DNA from: Guillardia theta CCMP2712
Taxonomy: Eukaryota > Protista > Cryptophyta
Assembly (NCBI RefSeq): GCF_000315625.1
Contig: NW_005434600.1
Location: 294,748 to 358,747, forward strand
Direction of reading: 5' to 3'
Length of the DNA stretch: 64,000 nt
This document shows positions 1-11,683 of this stretch, one piece after another. Made by a program: the position numbers and the translations under genes. Below the pieces are notes generated by a model, which was not told where the DNA came from, made no database searches, and saw only the letters and a list, made by a program, of their open reading frames with translations. The number at the start of each line of letters is the position of its first letter. Within the stretch, counting starts at the first letter, position 1.

Positions 1-1418
1 CGAACTCGAGATAAGAACGATGCAATTCTTCTTTTCATGGACGAGTTCACAGGGCGAGTTTATCTCACCCCCTGCCGTAAATCGATTACTTCTGAACAAG
101 CTGCTCAAAAATTCATCGAAACCGTGTTTCGATCCCAAGGCCTTCTCAAGTCCTTATCAGCGACAACGCTGTCATCTTTTCGTCCAGATTCTGGAACGCG
201 CTCAGGCTTCAAGATGCTCAACGTTCACGTGAAGCATTCGTCGCCTTTTATGCCTCAAAGCAACGGTCGACCCGAGCGTATGAACTCCGTCGTCCTCGAA
301 GCTCTTCGTATCTACACCACGCAGTATCCTCGAGCCGATTGGGATAGGTACCTCCCCATCCTGGAAACTCACCTCGACTCAGCTGTTCGCCGTCCCATCG
401 GTGCCATCCCTTTCGAAGTCATGTTCGGCAAACCTATCAGGACACAACTTTCTCTGCCTTCACCTGACGATCATCAGGACGAGACCCTCGACTCCATTCG
501 TGAAGCAACCGAAGTCAGCGCCGAAGCTGCCCGAGCTGCTCTCGAAGCTGCAGCGCGTGCCACCGAAGCTCGCCTTGCGCAAGTCCGTCGTCCCTGCCGC
601 TATCAAGTTGGAGATCTGGTTTGGCTCTCAACCGCCAACCTCAACATCCCCGACGCCGCCTCGAAGCTCAACCCTCGCTTCGTTGGTCCCTTCCGCATCC
701 TGCCACCGGAAATTGTTTCAGACAACACCGTTCGTCTCGACGTCTCTCCTCGCTTCGCATCGATCAGAAACACCGTCATCAACATCAAGTGGCTTTGTCC
801 GCATACAGAGCGCGACCCTGCCTATCAAGATCCCCAGCGACCACCCGAACCTCTGGCCACCAGAGACGGCTTGGAATACGAGATTGAGAGCATTCTCAGC
901 AAACGTCGTCGCGGTCGAGGTATTCAGTACCTTGTTAAGTGGACAGGCTATGATCAAGTCAAACAATTGGCTTCCTGCTCGTGAATTGCAGCAGAAATCT
1001 TCGCGAACTCATCCGTCAATTCAAAGAACGTGAAGCTCTTCAAGCTTTACCCTCCAACGCCTTGGACTCCTCCGACTCGTCTGAAGTGGAACTTCAAATC
1101 CTGTCGTTCATCTCCTCATGGTAAGAGCGAAGGACAAAGTGGTACTAAGTTGTCAAGCGCAGATGGAGCGATGTTGTATCCATGAGGATCCGGAATCACG
1201 GATACTCGTCGGATACTCTGCCGGATATTCTCTATTTAACCGGACGCTTCCTGAGCGCCCGGCCTCTTGATTTTCCCCCACTTGCATGCACAGTGAGTGT
1301 GGTGGTTGTGCGTAGTTTACATCTCAGTAAACTTAGAGACTTCTATCTTCTGCATCTCTATCTTCTTCATCCTTACTTTGCTCGTGTCGTTGACAATCTC
1401 TGTGTTGTGTATACAACA
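1..1418 (+). mobile_element. 3' part of a degenerate Ty3/Gypsy chromovirus-type LTR retrotransposon (integrase, chromodomain, PPT, 3' LTR)
   Basis: ORF 37-984 has integrase core motifs (PQSNGRPERMN, W..YLP, PFEVMFG), a GPY/F motif (KLNPRFVGPFRI) and a chromodomain (EYEIESILSKR...QYLVKWTGY). Apparent frameshifts near 150-205 and ~958. Confidence 0.92.
1172..1418 (+). repeat. 3' LTR, 247 bp
   Basis: Begins TGTTGTAT (1172) and ends ATACAACA (1411-1418): TG...CA with an 8-bp terminal inverted repeat. Purine-rich AGATGGAGCGA lies just upstream as a PPT-like tract. A (CTG)n tract follows. Confidence 0.85.
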
Positions 1419-2250
1419 CTGCTGCTGCTGCTGCTGCTGCGGATTCCTGCCTTTCTCCCCTTCTCCTCCTTCCCGACCTCCTTGCCCTTCCTCCACGCCC
1501 TCTTCCTTCTCCGCCTCTCCCCCGATGACCTCTCCAGCTTGCTAGCCCCCCTGCAAACACGCGCGGCAGACAGGCCAGCTCTGCCGAGAGCGCAAACTCA
1601 AGTCGGACAAGTTGCAGCGGAGGAGGCGGAAGCTGAGGGCTCTGGGCGAGAGCTGCCTGGTTTGCTTATGTCTTTCCACTGGCCTTGTGTTCTTAAGGGT
1701 CAATATGAGCTGGGTCGAAGCTAGGTATCAAACACCCTCATCCCTGAGCATCTCAGTCGTGTAGCCATCATAAAGCAGGCGAGGCGATTATTCTTTATAT
1801 ATCTGCGGTATGTGGTGATAAACGTGGCATGGTAGCACCAATGAAGAAGAGCGTCAACCATGCCAAGCACCGACCTTGCTCTCAACCCTCGGATCCTCTA
1901 GATAGAGTGCTCTTCTCACTGACCAGGCATGCTCCTTGAGGAGATGCAAATCAACACCATACTCTGTTGTTCATGATCAACACCACCCAAGCGCGCCTCA
2001 TTCACGGCATGCCCGCGGTCTTCTGCAGCTCCAGGCCCGCCCTCACACACTCACTGACAGCTCACATACGCCCGCCAGCAACCTCCGCCCCTGCTTGCCT
2101 GCTTGCCTGCTGCCCGCAAGCCACCGCACGCTCTCTCAGCGCACTACACCGGTGTCTGGGGCCTCCCCTCCCCTCCCCGAGACACCTCTCCTCGTCCTCC
2201 GCCGCTTTGTCCTCAGCTTGTCCGCATCGGCACGTCGAAACACGCCCAGG

Positions 2251-2832
2251 CTATACCAAGAAGCCCTCCGCTATCTCGGTCAGCTCCACGCTTCCCTCTA
2301 TCCAGCCGCTGGCTTGCCCCCTCGCATCCGTCGTCGCCTCGGCCCTCGGCTTCCGCCCCCTCCGCTGACCTGCCTGACTCTCACAGTCCGTCCTGAAGTG
2401 CACGCACTGCCCGCATGGCCGACGCTCGTCGCACTTGAGCTTCCGCTGCCGGCAGAGCTGACAGGCCTCCCGCGCGTACCTCCCCTTCCCCCGCGCCCCC
2501 GCCCTCCCGGCCTCGCCCTCGGCCTTGCCGGCTGCGACGGCGTCGGCGAAGGACAAGGAGGGAGGCTGCTTGTCGTCGTCGGGCCAGGAGGTGAGCTGGT
2601 CCCAGAGGGGCATGGCGGGGAGGTCGGGGGAGTCGAGGGGGTCGAGGAGGTCGAGGTCGGGGGCGAGGTAGACGGAGAGGTCGTCGGGGGAGAGGCGGAG
2701 GAGGGAGAGGGCGTGGAGGAAGGGGGGCGGAGGATGAGGGCCGTGAGAGGGAAGGGGACTAGCTGGAGGGTTTGGAATCATCTGTATCAGACTGTGTATC
2801 GCTTGGCGGGTGTGTCGGAGAAGCTGGTTCAC
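2251..2832 (-). CDS. Zn(II)2Cys6 zinc-cluster protein, copy 1 (possibly TE-associated or partial)
   Basis: ACQLCRQRKLKCDERRPCGQCVHFRTDC fits the GAL4-type CX2CX6CX5CX2CX6C pattern, followed by basic RRGRKPR. Confidence 0.75.
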   Translation of the reverse strand: MNQLLRHTRQAIHSLIQMIPNPPASPLPSHGPHPPPPFLHALSLLRLSPDDLSVYLAPDLDLLDPLDSPDLPAMPLWDQLTSWPDDDKQPPSLSFADAVAAGKAEGEAGRAGARGKGRYAREACQLCRQRKLKCDERRPCGQCVHFRTDCESQAGQRRGRKPRAEATTDARGQASGWIEGSVELTEIAEGFLV

Positions 2833-3460
2833 ACAGCAAGGAGGGAGCGATCTTTTACGCTCGAGGAGCTCCAGGTAGTGGCAGCCGCAGAGGCAAAGAT
2901 TTTAGTTGTCCGGGGCAGTGAAGGGTAGGTGGGGTGGGAGAGGGGTGGTAGCTAACAGGTTTTCGTAGGCTTCTATGGGCCCTATATGCCCCTGGTCCTA
3001 GGGGGCTTGGCTTGTAAAGTCACCTACAAGGTTTCAAAAGATTTTCATTGGCGGTCACTCAAATATAAGTCATTTTAATTTGAGTTTGAAACGACGCGTT
3101 CGGGTTCCCCAGATTTTGCTTTTCGAATGGGCAGGCACTACACTGAAATATACTATTCGCTCAATCGAAAAAAAAGTGGTGTAGTGTAGGGAGGGTACGT
3201 GCTGGGAGCATCAGGATGAAAGGGCAGGGGACCCCACCCCCAATCAATAGCTGAAAGAGAGTGATATCAAGAAAGTCACCGATTTTACAACACAACCGCA
3301 CCGAAAGTTTACTCGCCTAGGTACTTCCCTATGACCTGAGTCAGTCAGCAGAGCAGGTCCTAGGGAATTATCACAAATAATTGTCCTCGTACTGATTTTT
3401 AACTTAACTTTGAGTAAAGGCTGTGCACGCATGTGAATTTTAAAAATCGCCCGCGTCACA

Positions 3461-4459
3461 ATGTCCGACAACGAACCTTCGCGATCATCGTCCTCGCATG
3501 ATGCTGAGAGTATGTCATCTTGCAAGTCTTCAGCCACGAAGCGATTTCTTCTTACAGATTTGTCGTCGGATTCGAAACGGGCATACATGGAAGAACAAAG
3601 GCAGAAGAAAGTGAGACGTTCCAAGGCGTGGCGTGATGCGAACAAGCAATCATCTCAACTTGCAGAGACGCCGCCCTCACCCACCTGAAATTTGATATCG
3701 GAACTGGACAGCAAGCCAATGATCCTCAATATGGACCATGAAACAAATACTCGGTGGGACAGGAAAACCGATGGTGTGCGTTTGGTGCATTTATTGCTGA
3801 AACCACCGCCTGAAATGGTTGGTTCTCTTGAAAAGATGTTCACAAAATCGACATGGCAACAACTTACCCTTCGGCAGAACAACCGACAAGATAATTTCAC
3901 GAAGGAAAGTGCTGTGTTTCGTGATCCCTTGTGGTGTCCTGGTTTAGGCTTCGATGATGCTTTCCTTCGCGAGATGGGAGCAACCCCGCGTCATCCCAAC
4001 CTTTCTGTTACACCTCTAGTACTCAGCAAAAAGTTCAGTGAACTCAAGACCTATATCAACGATGTTCTTCGCAGACGCAAGTCAGTTGACAATCACGATG
4101 ACATGTATGAGCTTTGCGTAGTTGAACATGTTCCTTCCATTCCTGAAGTATACTCCTATCTCAGAATGGTAGAATACTGTGATCTTGAAGGAACCAACGA
4201 CATCATATTGGATACATTGCGAGAAGAAGCATTGGTTGACTATGGACCTTCGAACGACATGGATTTGACAAGAACGCCATTGAACAACATGCAATCGAAG
4301 AAATCGAAACCTCACAATTCACTGTCATCATCGCAGAATTCCCAAATGCATGTGGATAACCTTGACAAGGATGTACAAACCATTCTAGATGACTTCAAGC
4401 AGATTGTGACGAAATTGAAGAGTGGCGCTGACAAGCTGAATGCTATTCAAATCGATTGA
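3461..4459 (+). pseudogene. Putative Harbinger accessory ORF interrupted by one in-frame stop
   Basis: ORFs 3461-3688 and 3692-4459 are in the same frame, separated only by TGA at 3686-3688. The ORF converges on the transposase, consistent with the two-gene layout of PIF/Harbinger elements. No domain recognised. Confidence 0.5.
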
Positions 4460-4627
4460 AGTCTGCTCTATTACGTGATCTCTCGCTCTGTAACATGATC
4501 TCTTCTGGACTGCACGGAGTTCACGTCGGCTTCGATGAAGTGCATATCAGTGGTTTTATGAAAGCTTATGAGTATGTTTCATCCTTCTGACATACGAGTA
4601 AATAAAAGAGAACGTATCGATTTCATA

Positions 4628-5289
4628 TCAGCACATTCTTCCAACTCTTCGACCCTGGCACGACTCTCTCAGTTGTGGCAGATCAATACACGATGGCCGC
4701 ATGTCATTCGTAATTCGATCAGCAGAATTTTCCATGATAGATTCTGGTCCAACATCTTCACCGATTACATGGTTGTCTGACGCACTGAATTCCAGACAAA
4801 GATTATGCAAGACTGCACATGCGGCTAATATCCTTGTTGTGTTTACAAGGCGACACCGGATCGGTCTCCACAAGATGCCAAAACGATTACAAGTAATCCC
4901 CAGGTACATTCAGTTTTAGGCTGCAATCCGCTGAACCGCAAATTGAAGTTCTCATGCGCCTGTGACATTGAATTTGGGTTCTTCAGATCGAAAGGAGTCA
5001 ACATTCGATTACAACTTTTGTATGCAGCATCAGCCATGATGTAAAACGGCTTAGGTAAACGACCTCCATCAATCAACTTGCACAAGTTTGATTGTTTCCA
5101 AGCGAAAGAATCATGTGATGAACCCGGCGTTCGAAGAGAAATGTATAAAATCTTCATGTGGCTGTCACAAACTCCTTGCATATTAGTGCGTACATGGCTT
5201 TTCTGCAGTATTACCTGGTTGGGCAAGATATCTCCGCCAATGACAAGAAAAAATTCACATCTTGACCTCTCTCTATTCGCTAACAACAC
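4628..5289 (-). pseudogene. PIF/Harbinger (DDE_Tnp_4, HARBI1-like) transposase, frameshifted and N-terminally decayed
   Basis: Motifs NMQGVCD, PGSSHDS, YIMADAAY, LTPF, FN..TECTWG, then in another frame RFGILWRP...ACAVLHNLC. Frameshift near 4890. Confidence 0.88.
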
Positions 5290-5875
5290 TAAAAAGACAT
5301 ACAGCGCAAGGAGTGACCCTTAGAATGCTGGGCCTTCACCCTCTCAACGAGAGTCGGATTTCTTTCTCATTGATTGAGATGTATTGATCATTCCCTGCTC
5401 CATAAAGCTGCTGCGCCACCTGTAGCGCACGTTCGAGGATCAGGAGAACCTGGAATCTTATCTAAGTATGCGAGCCTGCTCGTCGACTATCCTCATTGTC
5501 CGTGAATGTTCACTGTCACACTGTAGGACTGTCAGTATAGGGCTCAGCAGTGTTGCCCTGTCGGACTGTAGTAACGTGTCCTAAGGCTCTCGAAGCTCTT
5601 CGCTGAGTTCCGAAGTTCAGCACTTTCACTGACACGTCTTGTCGAGCCCCAGGTTGCATGACATTCAAATGTTCCGGCTGACAGGCATGAAATCGTCAGT
5701 GAGCTCTCGGGCAACTCCTTGCGAATAATTTTCCGATGGTTGACTGAAACTTGTTTCAGGCGGTCATTCCCCACCCCTCAATCTCCCCCACCCTCCACCC
5801 CTCCCTTTAGGATCCGAGGCTTCCCTTTACAGAACCTCCAGTGCGCGCGATCGGACAACACCACTGAGCTCCCTC

Positions 5876-6412
5876 ATGTCTGCCACAAGCCTCCTCCTCC
5901 TCCCTCCGCCCTCCCACAACCTCCAAAGCGCCCTCTCCCTCCTCCGCCTCTCCCCCGATGACCTCTCCGTCTACCTCGCCCCCGACCTCGACCTCCTCGA
6001 CCCCCTCAACTCCCCCGACCTCCCCGCCATGCCCCTCTGGGACCAGCTCACCTCCTGGCCCGACAACGACAAGCAGCAACCCGACCAGCTCCTGACCCCC
6101 TTGTCCTTCGCCGACGCCGTCGCAGCCGGAAAGGGCGAGGGCGAGGGCGAGGCCGGGAGGGCGGGGGCGCGGGGGAAGGGGAGGTACGCGCGGGAGGCTT
6201 GTCAGTTCTGCCGGCAGCGGAAGCTCAAGTGCGACGAGCGTCGGCCATGCGGGCAGTGTGTGCACTTCAGGAAGGAGTGTGTGAGTCAGGCAGGGCAGCA
6301 GAGGGGGCGGAAGCCGAGGAGACGGGTGGGGACAAAAGTCACTGTGGGGATAAGGAGCGATGAATTTGAAGACGTTGAAACCTGGGAGGTAGCAAAGAGC
6401 TTCTTGGTTTGA
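5876..6412 (+). CDS. Zn(II)2Cys6 zinc-cluster protein, copy 2 (inverted paralog of copy 1)
   Basis: ACQFCRQRKLKCDERRPCGQCVHFRKEC. About 5930-6320 is a near-identical reverse complement of ~2345-2715. Confidence 0.75.
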   Translation: MSATSLLLLPPPSHNLQSALSLLRLSPDDLSVYLAPDLDLLDPLNSPDLPAMPLWDQLTSWPDNDKQQPDQLLTPLSFADAVAAGKGEGEGEAGRAGARGKGRYAREACQFCRQRKLKCDERRPCGQCVHFRKECVSQAGQQRGRKPRRRVGTKVTVGIRSDEFEDVETWEVAKSFLV

Positions 6413-6684
6413 GTTGACCAGTCACCATCGTGTGCGTCTTGGGGTGTCAGGTCTTGCAAGAGGAGGGCGGAGATCAACATACAAATCAAGGTTTACCTGT
6501 GGTACAGAAATGAACCGAGATGGAATGATGAAGTGTGAGACTGTATCAAAGTTTAGCAGACAAACATACATGATGAAAACACATATGGTAAAGGATTGGA
6601 CAGCTGATTGACGGCCGAATATCTAGCCAAGTATCCCTGTTGTTTGGACCTGTGGTTGGATACAATAATCGACTGCTTGCTGCC

Positions 6685-7120
6685 TCAACATCACCATCTC
6701 CATCATCATTGTCCCATTTGTCATCCACATCATCATCATCTCCTTCATTCCTTTACCATCATCGTCGTCATAATCATTCTTATCATCATAATCGTCTCCA
6801 TCATCATTCTCACAACCATCATTATCACCAACACCACCATCGTAATTATCATCATTTCAACTGGACTTCATCATTATCATCATAATCGTGTCCATCATTA
6901 TTCCATCTTCATCATTATCATCGGACGAATATAATCTCCATCATCATTATAACCAGCATCACCACCACCACCACCACAATTATTTCATCACCATCATCAT
7001 TTTCATGATGACCACCATCATCACCAGCAGCAGCACAATTATTTCATCTCGATCATCATTTTCATGATGACCACCATCATCACCATACTCATCATCGCCG
7101 CCATCATCGTCATCATGCTT
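6685..7120. repeat. Degenerate (CAT/CAC)n low-complexity tract
   Basis: Continuous ATC/CAT/CAC triplets. Confidence 0.85.
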
Positions 7121-9324
7121 GATAGCCTAGCAGCCGAACTCCATCACTCAACAACGCAGTGATAACCACCACCTGGCGATTGATCATAGCAGGTCAGAGT
7201 TCAATGCACGGTTGATGAATCTTACCACGTGGATTCGGGAGTCCGTGATCGACCATGGCCAGTGCCCGTCACGGTTCAACTTAGATCAGACTCTGCGAAG
7301 TTGTCAGCAAACTGACGAGGGTCCCGTTGGAGGGGACTTGTTCCTGATCAGAGGATTCAGTACTAGCTAATTCCTTAGCTAAATTGATGTCAGCGTTAAC
7401 GTCTTGAAGGGTGACTTTCCCTGGCGGAGGACGCCTGTGCTCAATTCCATCATCTTTGGAGTTCGCAGTCGCTGCTAAGGTGGCGAGCAGGTGAGAACGC
7501 TCTTGATGCAAGGAGTCGGCCAGAAGAATGGGACCGCACATGCGATGGAATAGCTGGAGAGCTTGGTCCGTCGTCACTCGCGAGAACATGTTGGGACTGG
7601 AAAAAACAATTTTCGAGCTTGGTAGAGGTACAACGCTGAGTTGCCTCTTCTGATCTCCGATCAAGATACTCCGCAAGGGACATCTCTCTTGTTTCGGGCC
7701 CGATGATCCGCGTTCACGATGTACGTTTCTATCCCTAGAAGTTGGAGTCGACAATCTACATGTCTGACTACTGCCGCCCCCGCCTCTGCTCAGTACTACT
7801 CGGCGTCCGCTCCTCTCAACCTCCTCCTCAGATCTCTCTTCAGTACTACTTCAGAATTAAATGCTCCTGATTCCCCTGAGCCCGAAGTACTACCGTAGAT
7901 TGAGGGCCCCTTTCCGGCTGAGGGTTCTTTTCTCACCTCAGTTCCACCTCGCCAGTCGCTTCTAGAATGAATGATGATATCAGGCTAAACGCAGAGAGTC
8001 TAAGCCACATAAACACCAGCTTTGCTGCGCACACCGTGGCACACTGAGGGGAGGGCCCAGCCTGGACTCGAGGTACTACCGATGATCCATGGAAGTATCA
8101 ATACTAAGCAATCGTGCCTCAGTGTAGTCGGAAACCTTCATGACCACGTCCGATCCTGCCCTGCGAACCCGGCCGGGCGTCCGACTAGTAGGCCGGGCCC
8201 GGCGGCGGTGCCAGGGGGCCAGTGCGGCCGCCGGCCCGGTCCGAGGCAGCACTGCGGCACGCGGCCGGACCAGCGGCCCGCCCATGGCGGGCCGGTGCCC
8301 CTGAGTATACAACGTTTTATGATTAAAACTTGTTATTAAAAGGTCCTTATAAAGATTAAACAATAAATATTTTACTTTGTACGAGAGTTTTATATCGATA
8401 GATTCAAATCATTTTTCATGTTCCGGTTTATCGCAAAGTTTCAAAACAAATAACAATATTTCATGAATTTGAAACTGAAATATATTTTTATTATTAAGAA
8501 CATACAAATAATTGTCTTTGCTCCCACCAGTCATTGATATACCCCTACCCCCTTCATTATAAACATTTCTTTTTGATATCGTCTTGCTTGGAGATTTATC
8601 TCTATTTGATCATGGCCCAGGGCTAAAGTGTCTCACTCATGGCAGGAGGTACTACCCCTACCCTGTCAAAATGTACCCCAACCCCCTTATAAAAAGAAAC
8701 ACCACGAGGATGCGGCGGGGGGGAGGGCAGGAGGGCAGTGCAGAGGAAACCGTCTTCCGCAGAGGAGAGGATGGCGAAGCAGATGAGATGCGAAGATGTT
8801 AGCGAGAGAAGAGGGAGAGAAAGACTAAGTTTGAGCATGAAGTTGATGGGGAGGTTTTGATACATTAGATAGAGCATGCACCAAACAATTAGTGCGGTGG
8901 GATTTTCAATAGAAGCCAAGGTCTGGCGGCCCGCAATCGAAAGTCCCTGGACAGGGGTGTGTGTCTATCATGGACGTTCTTGTAAGATGCAGATATTGTG
9001 ATAGTACTTGATGAATCCGATTGAGCCCATCACAATGTCATAGTCTTAGGGTATTCTGAAACACAGATCCGGAAGTGAGTGTACTAGTGTGGTCGAGCCA
9101 GAGTTGTCTATATTTTCAGGAATTCACTAGAAATTTGAGAAACTTTCTTCTGACACCAACGATATGAGCGTTGGAAAGTACATACACTTTTTGCTGGTTC
9201 TGATATTTCATACAAGATCGAAGGGATATATGAACAGACTCTGAACCAACCTGCCTAAGTTCGAGACCCGTGCGATAAGAGAGTACTGATCAAGGACAGC
9301 GCCAGCTACAAACTTCTCTTCAGC

Positions 9325-11683
9325 ATGCCATCCTTTGATTTCTTGGTTGTGATGGATTTCCAAGTGACGCGTGGGGGAGATGTTGACATTGACGGGGTTC
9401 ACGAGATCATTGAATTTGCCTGGTTGATGGTGGATGTGAATAGCAAGGTCGTGACGGAATCGAAGCAGACTTACGTGAAGCCAGAAATGCATCCTGTGCT
9501 CTCGGAAGGATGCGTATCCCTCACTGGGATCAGCCAAGAGATCGTTGACGGGGGATGCAAGCTGCAGGACTGCGTGTCGGAATTCAACGACTTTGTTTAC
9601 AAGAACATCACTTCGCAGAACAAGGACTTCTGCATCGTGACGGACGGTGATGTGCATCTGAAACGTTGGTTGCGATCCGATGCGAAAAGGAAGAACATAA
9701 AGCTCGCCGCGCATTACGCCCGCTACGTCGACCTGCGCTCGGAGTTCATCAACCTGCACCCCAACTTTGCCGGGGCCATGAACGCGATCTCGATAGCAGA
9801 TCGACTCAATGTGTATATTCCGGAAGAAGTGGACGGTGGATTGAAGATGTGTGACATCATCGGGCAAGTTGTGATCAAGATGCTCCTGGGCGGAGCTCCG
9901 ATGCAGAAGACCATCACCATTCCTGATGAGTACGACCCGACAGCTGACCCCTTGTACGCGATCGGAGGGGCGAAGTACATGGAGATTTCACGAGCATTGG
10001 ACTCGAGAGAGCCAGCGCTATCGATGATTGCTAGGGTGAGAGGTCTGCCATACTCCGCGGCTACCGCGGACATCGAAGAGTTCTTCAAAGGCTGTGCGAT
10101 TTTGAAGGATGGGATTAACTTTGTCCTGAGCCATGGTGGGCGCCCGGCAGGAGAGGCGTTCGTGACGTTCGAGACTGAGAATGACTGCAGACGTGCGCTG
10201 ATGAGAGACAGGGACCTGATGAACAAGAGATATGTGGAGGTGTACCCCAGTAGCGAAGATGAAAAGCACGTTGCTATCACGAGTGCGGTCTCCTACGCCC
10301 AGGACGATCAGAGCAGCGGGGGAGACCCTTCGACTAGTTACAAGGGAGTGGTGAAGTTGCGAGGACTGCCATACTCCATCACGGCTGACGACATCCGGAG
10401 CTTCTTTGGGCACTTGAGCATCAAGGAGGACGGGATAATCATCTGCCTGAATCGCGAGAGGAGGAACAACGGCGAGGCCTTTGTGGAGTTCACGGACGAG
10501 TACGTTGTGGACGAAGCTGTAAAGAAAGACCGGCAGATGATTGGCAGCAGATACGTGGAGGTATTCCGCTCTTCTAAAGCGGACATCGACGCGTATCACA
10601 AGGAGAAGGAGGCCGGGCCCTCGTCGCAGAGGTACACCATGTCAGCCAACGGAGAGTTCTTCCTGAAGATGCGAGGGCTGCCCTTCTCGATCAGAGAGCC
10701 TCAGCTCATGGAGTTCTTCCAAAAGGCCGACGTCACTCCCATCGGGATCTGCCTTGTGTACAATAGTCGAGATTATCCCACCGGGGAGGCCTTCGTCGAG
10801 TTTGCCACTGGGCAGGACTTGATGGTGGGTTGACCTGCTCCTCTCCTCCTGCGATCTGACCTTTCCCAACAGAAAGGGCTGACGTTGCATCGAGAGAATA
10901 TTGGTCACCGCTACGTGGAGCTGTTCAGGACGACAAGAACAGCTGCTATGTACGCGCTTCGCATGCCCTTCTATCCTCCTGGCCCCCCTGCTCCTCCTCC
11001 TGCTATGATGAGTCACGCGCCATACTACGATCTTGGAGGCTATGATATGCCACAGGTAGGCCAACACTTGTGTCGCACTCTTGCTCCCTTGTGTTCAGTT
11101 TTCTCCCTCCCCTCCTCCTCGATCTCTCATCCTCCCCCCGCTCTGTCTCCCGCTCTCTCTCCCTCCCTCTCCCCCCCCCCCCTCTCTCCCTTCCTTCCTC
11201 CCTCTCCCTTGCAATATCTACATTCACAGTCTCCTATTTCTCCTCCTCTCCTTCCCTATCTCACTCTTTCCTCTTGCTTCACAGGCCATGCCGCCGATGC
11301 CGCATGCGATGGGAATGCATGCTCCTTACAATCCCATGGGTATGGACCCGACGGGAATGCAGGGGATGATGGGGATGGACATGAGCGGCATGGCCATGGC
11401 TGGCATGCCGGCGATGAACGGGTACATGACTGGGATGCCCTCAAACGCGGGCTGCGTCAAGATCCGAGGGCTCCCTTACCGAGCGACAGTCAACGACATC
11501 GCCGACTTCTTCAACGGGTTTGCCTTCAACCGAGAGACGATTCAGATCAGCATGGGGTACGACGGGCGGTCGACGGGAGAAGGTTGGATTACGTTTGACA
11601 CGCCGGAGGAAGCGAGTCGGGCAGTCTCGATGAGGAACGGGCAGAACATTGGGAACCGGTACGTGGAGCTTTACATGGTCTGA
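9325..11683 (+). CDS. ESRP/hnRNP F-H-like RNA-binding protein: degenerate DEDDh (ERI1-like) domain plus 4 qRRMs; exons 9325-10824, 10873-11055, 11285-11683
   Basis: N-terminal VMDFQVT...EIIEF...YVKP, then four RGLP(Y/F)...GE(A/G)(F/W)...RYVE repeats. The GT-AG introns keep the frame. Confidence 0.9.

Noticed and set aside
1936-2928. 330-aa plus-strand ORF, and similarly 5807-6265 minus
   Set aside because: Antisense shadow of the GC-rich Zn-cluster gene.
3686-3688. In-frame TGA as possible selenocysteine or readthrough
   Set aside because: Lies in a decayed TE beside a frameshifted transposase, with no redox motif or evident SECIS; a nonsense mutation is simpler.
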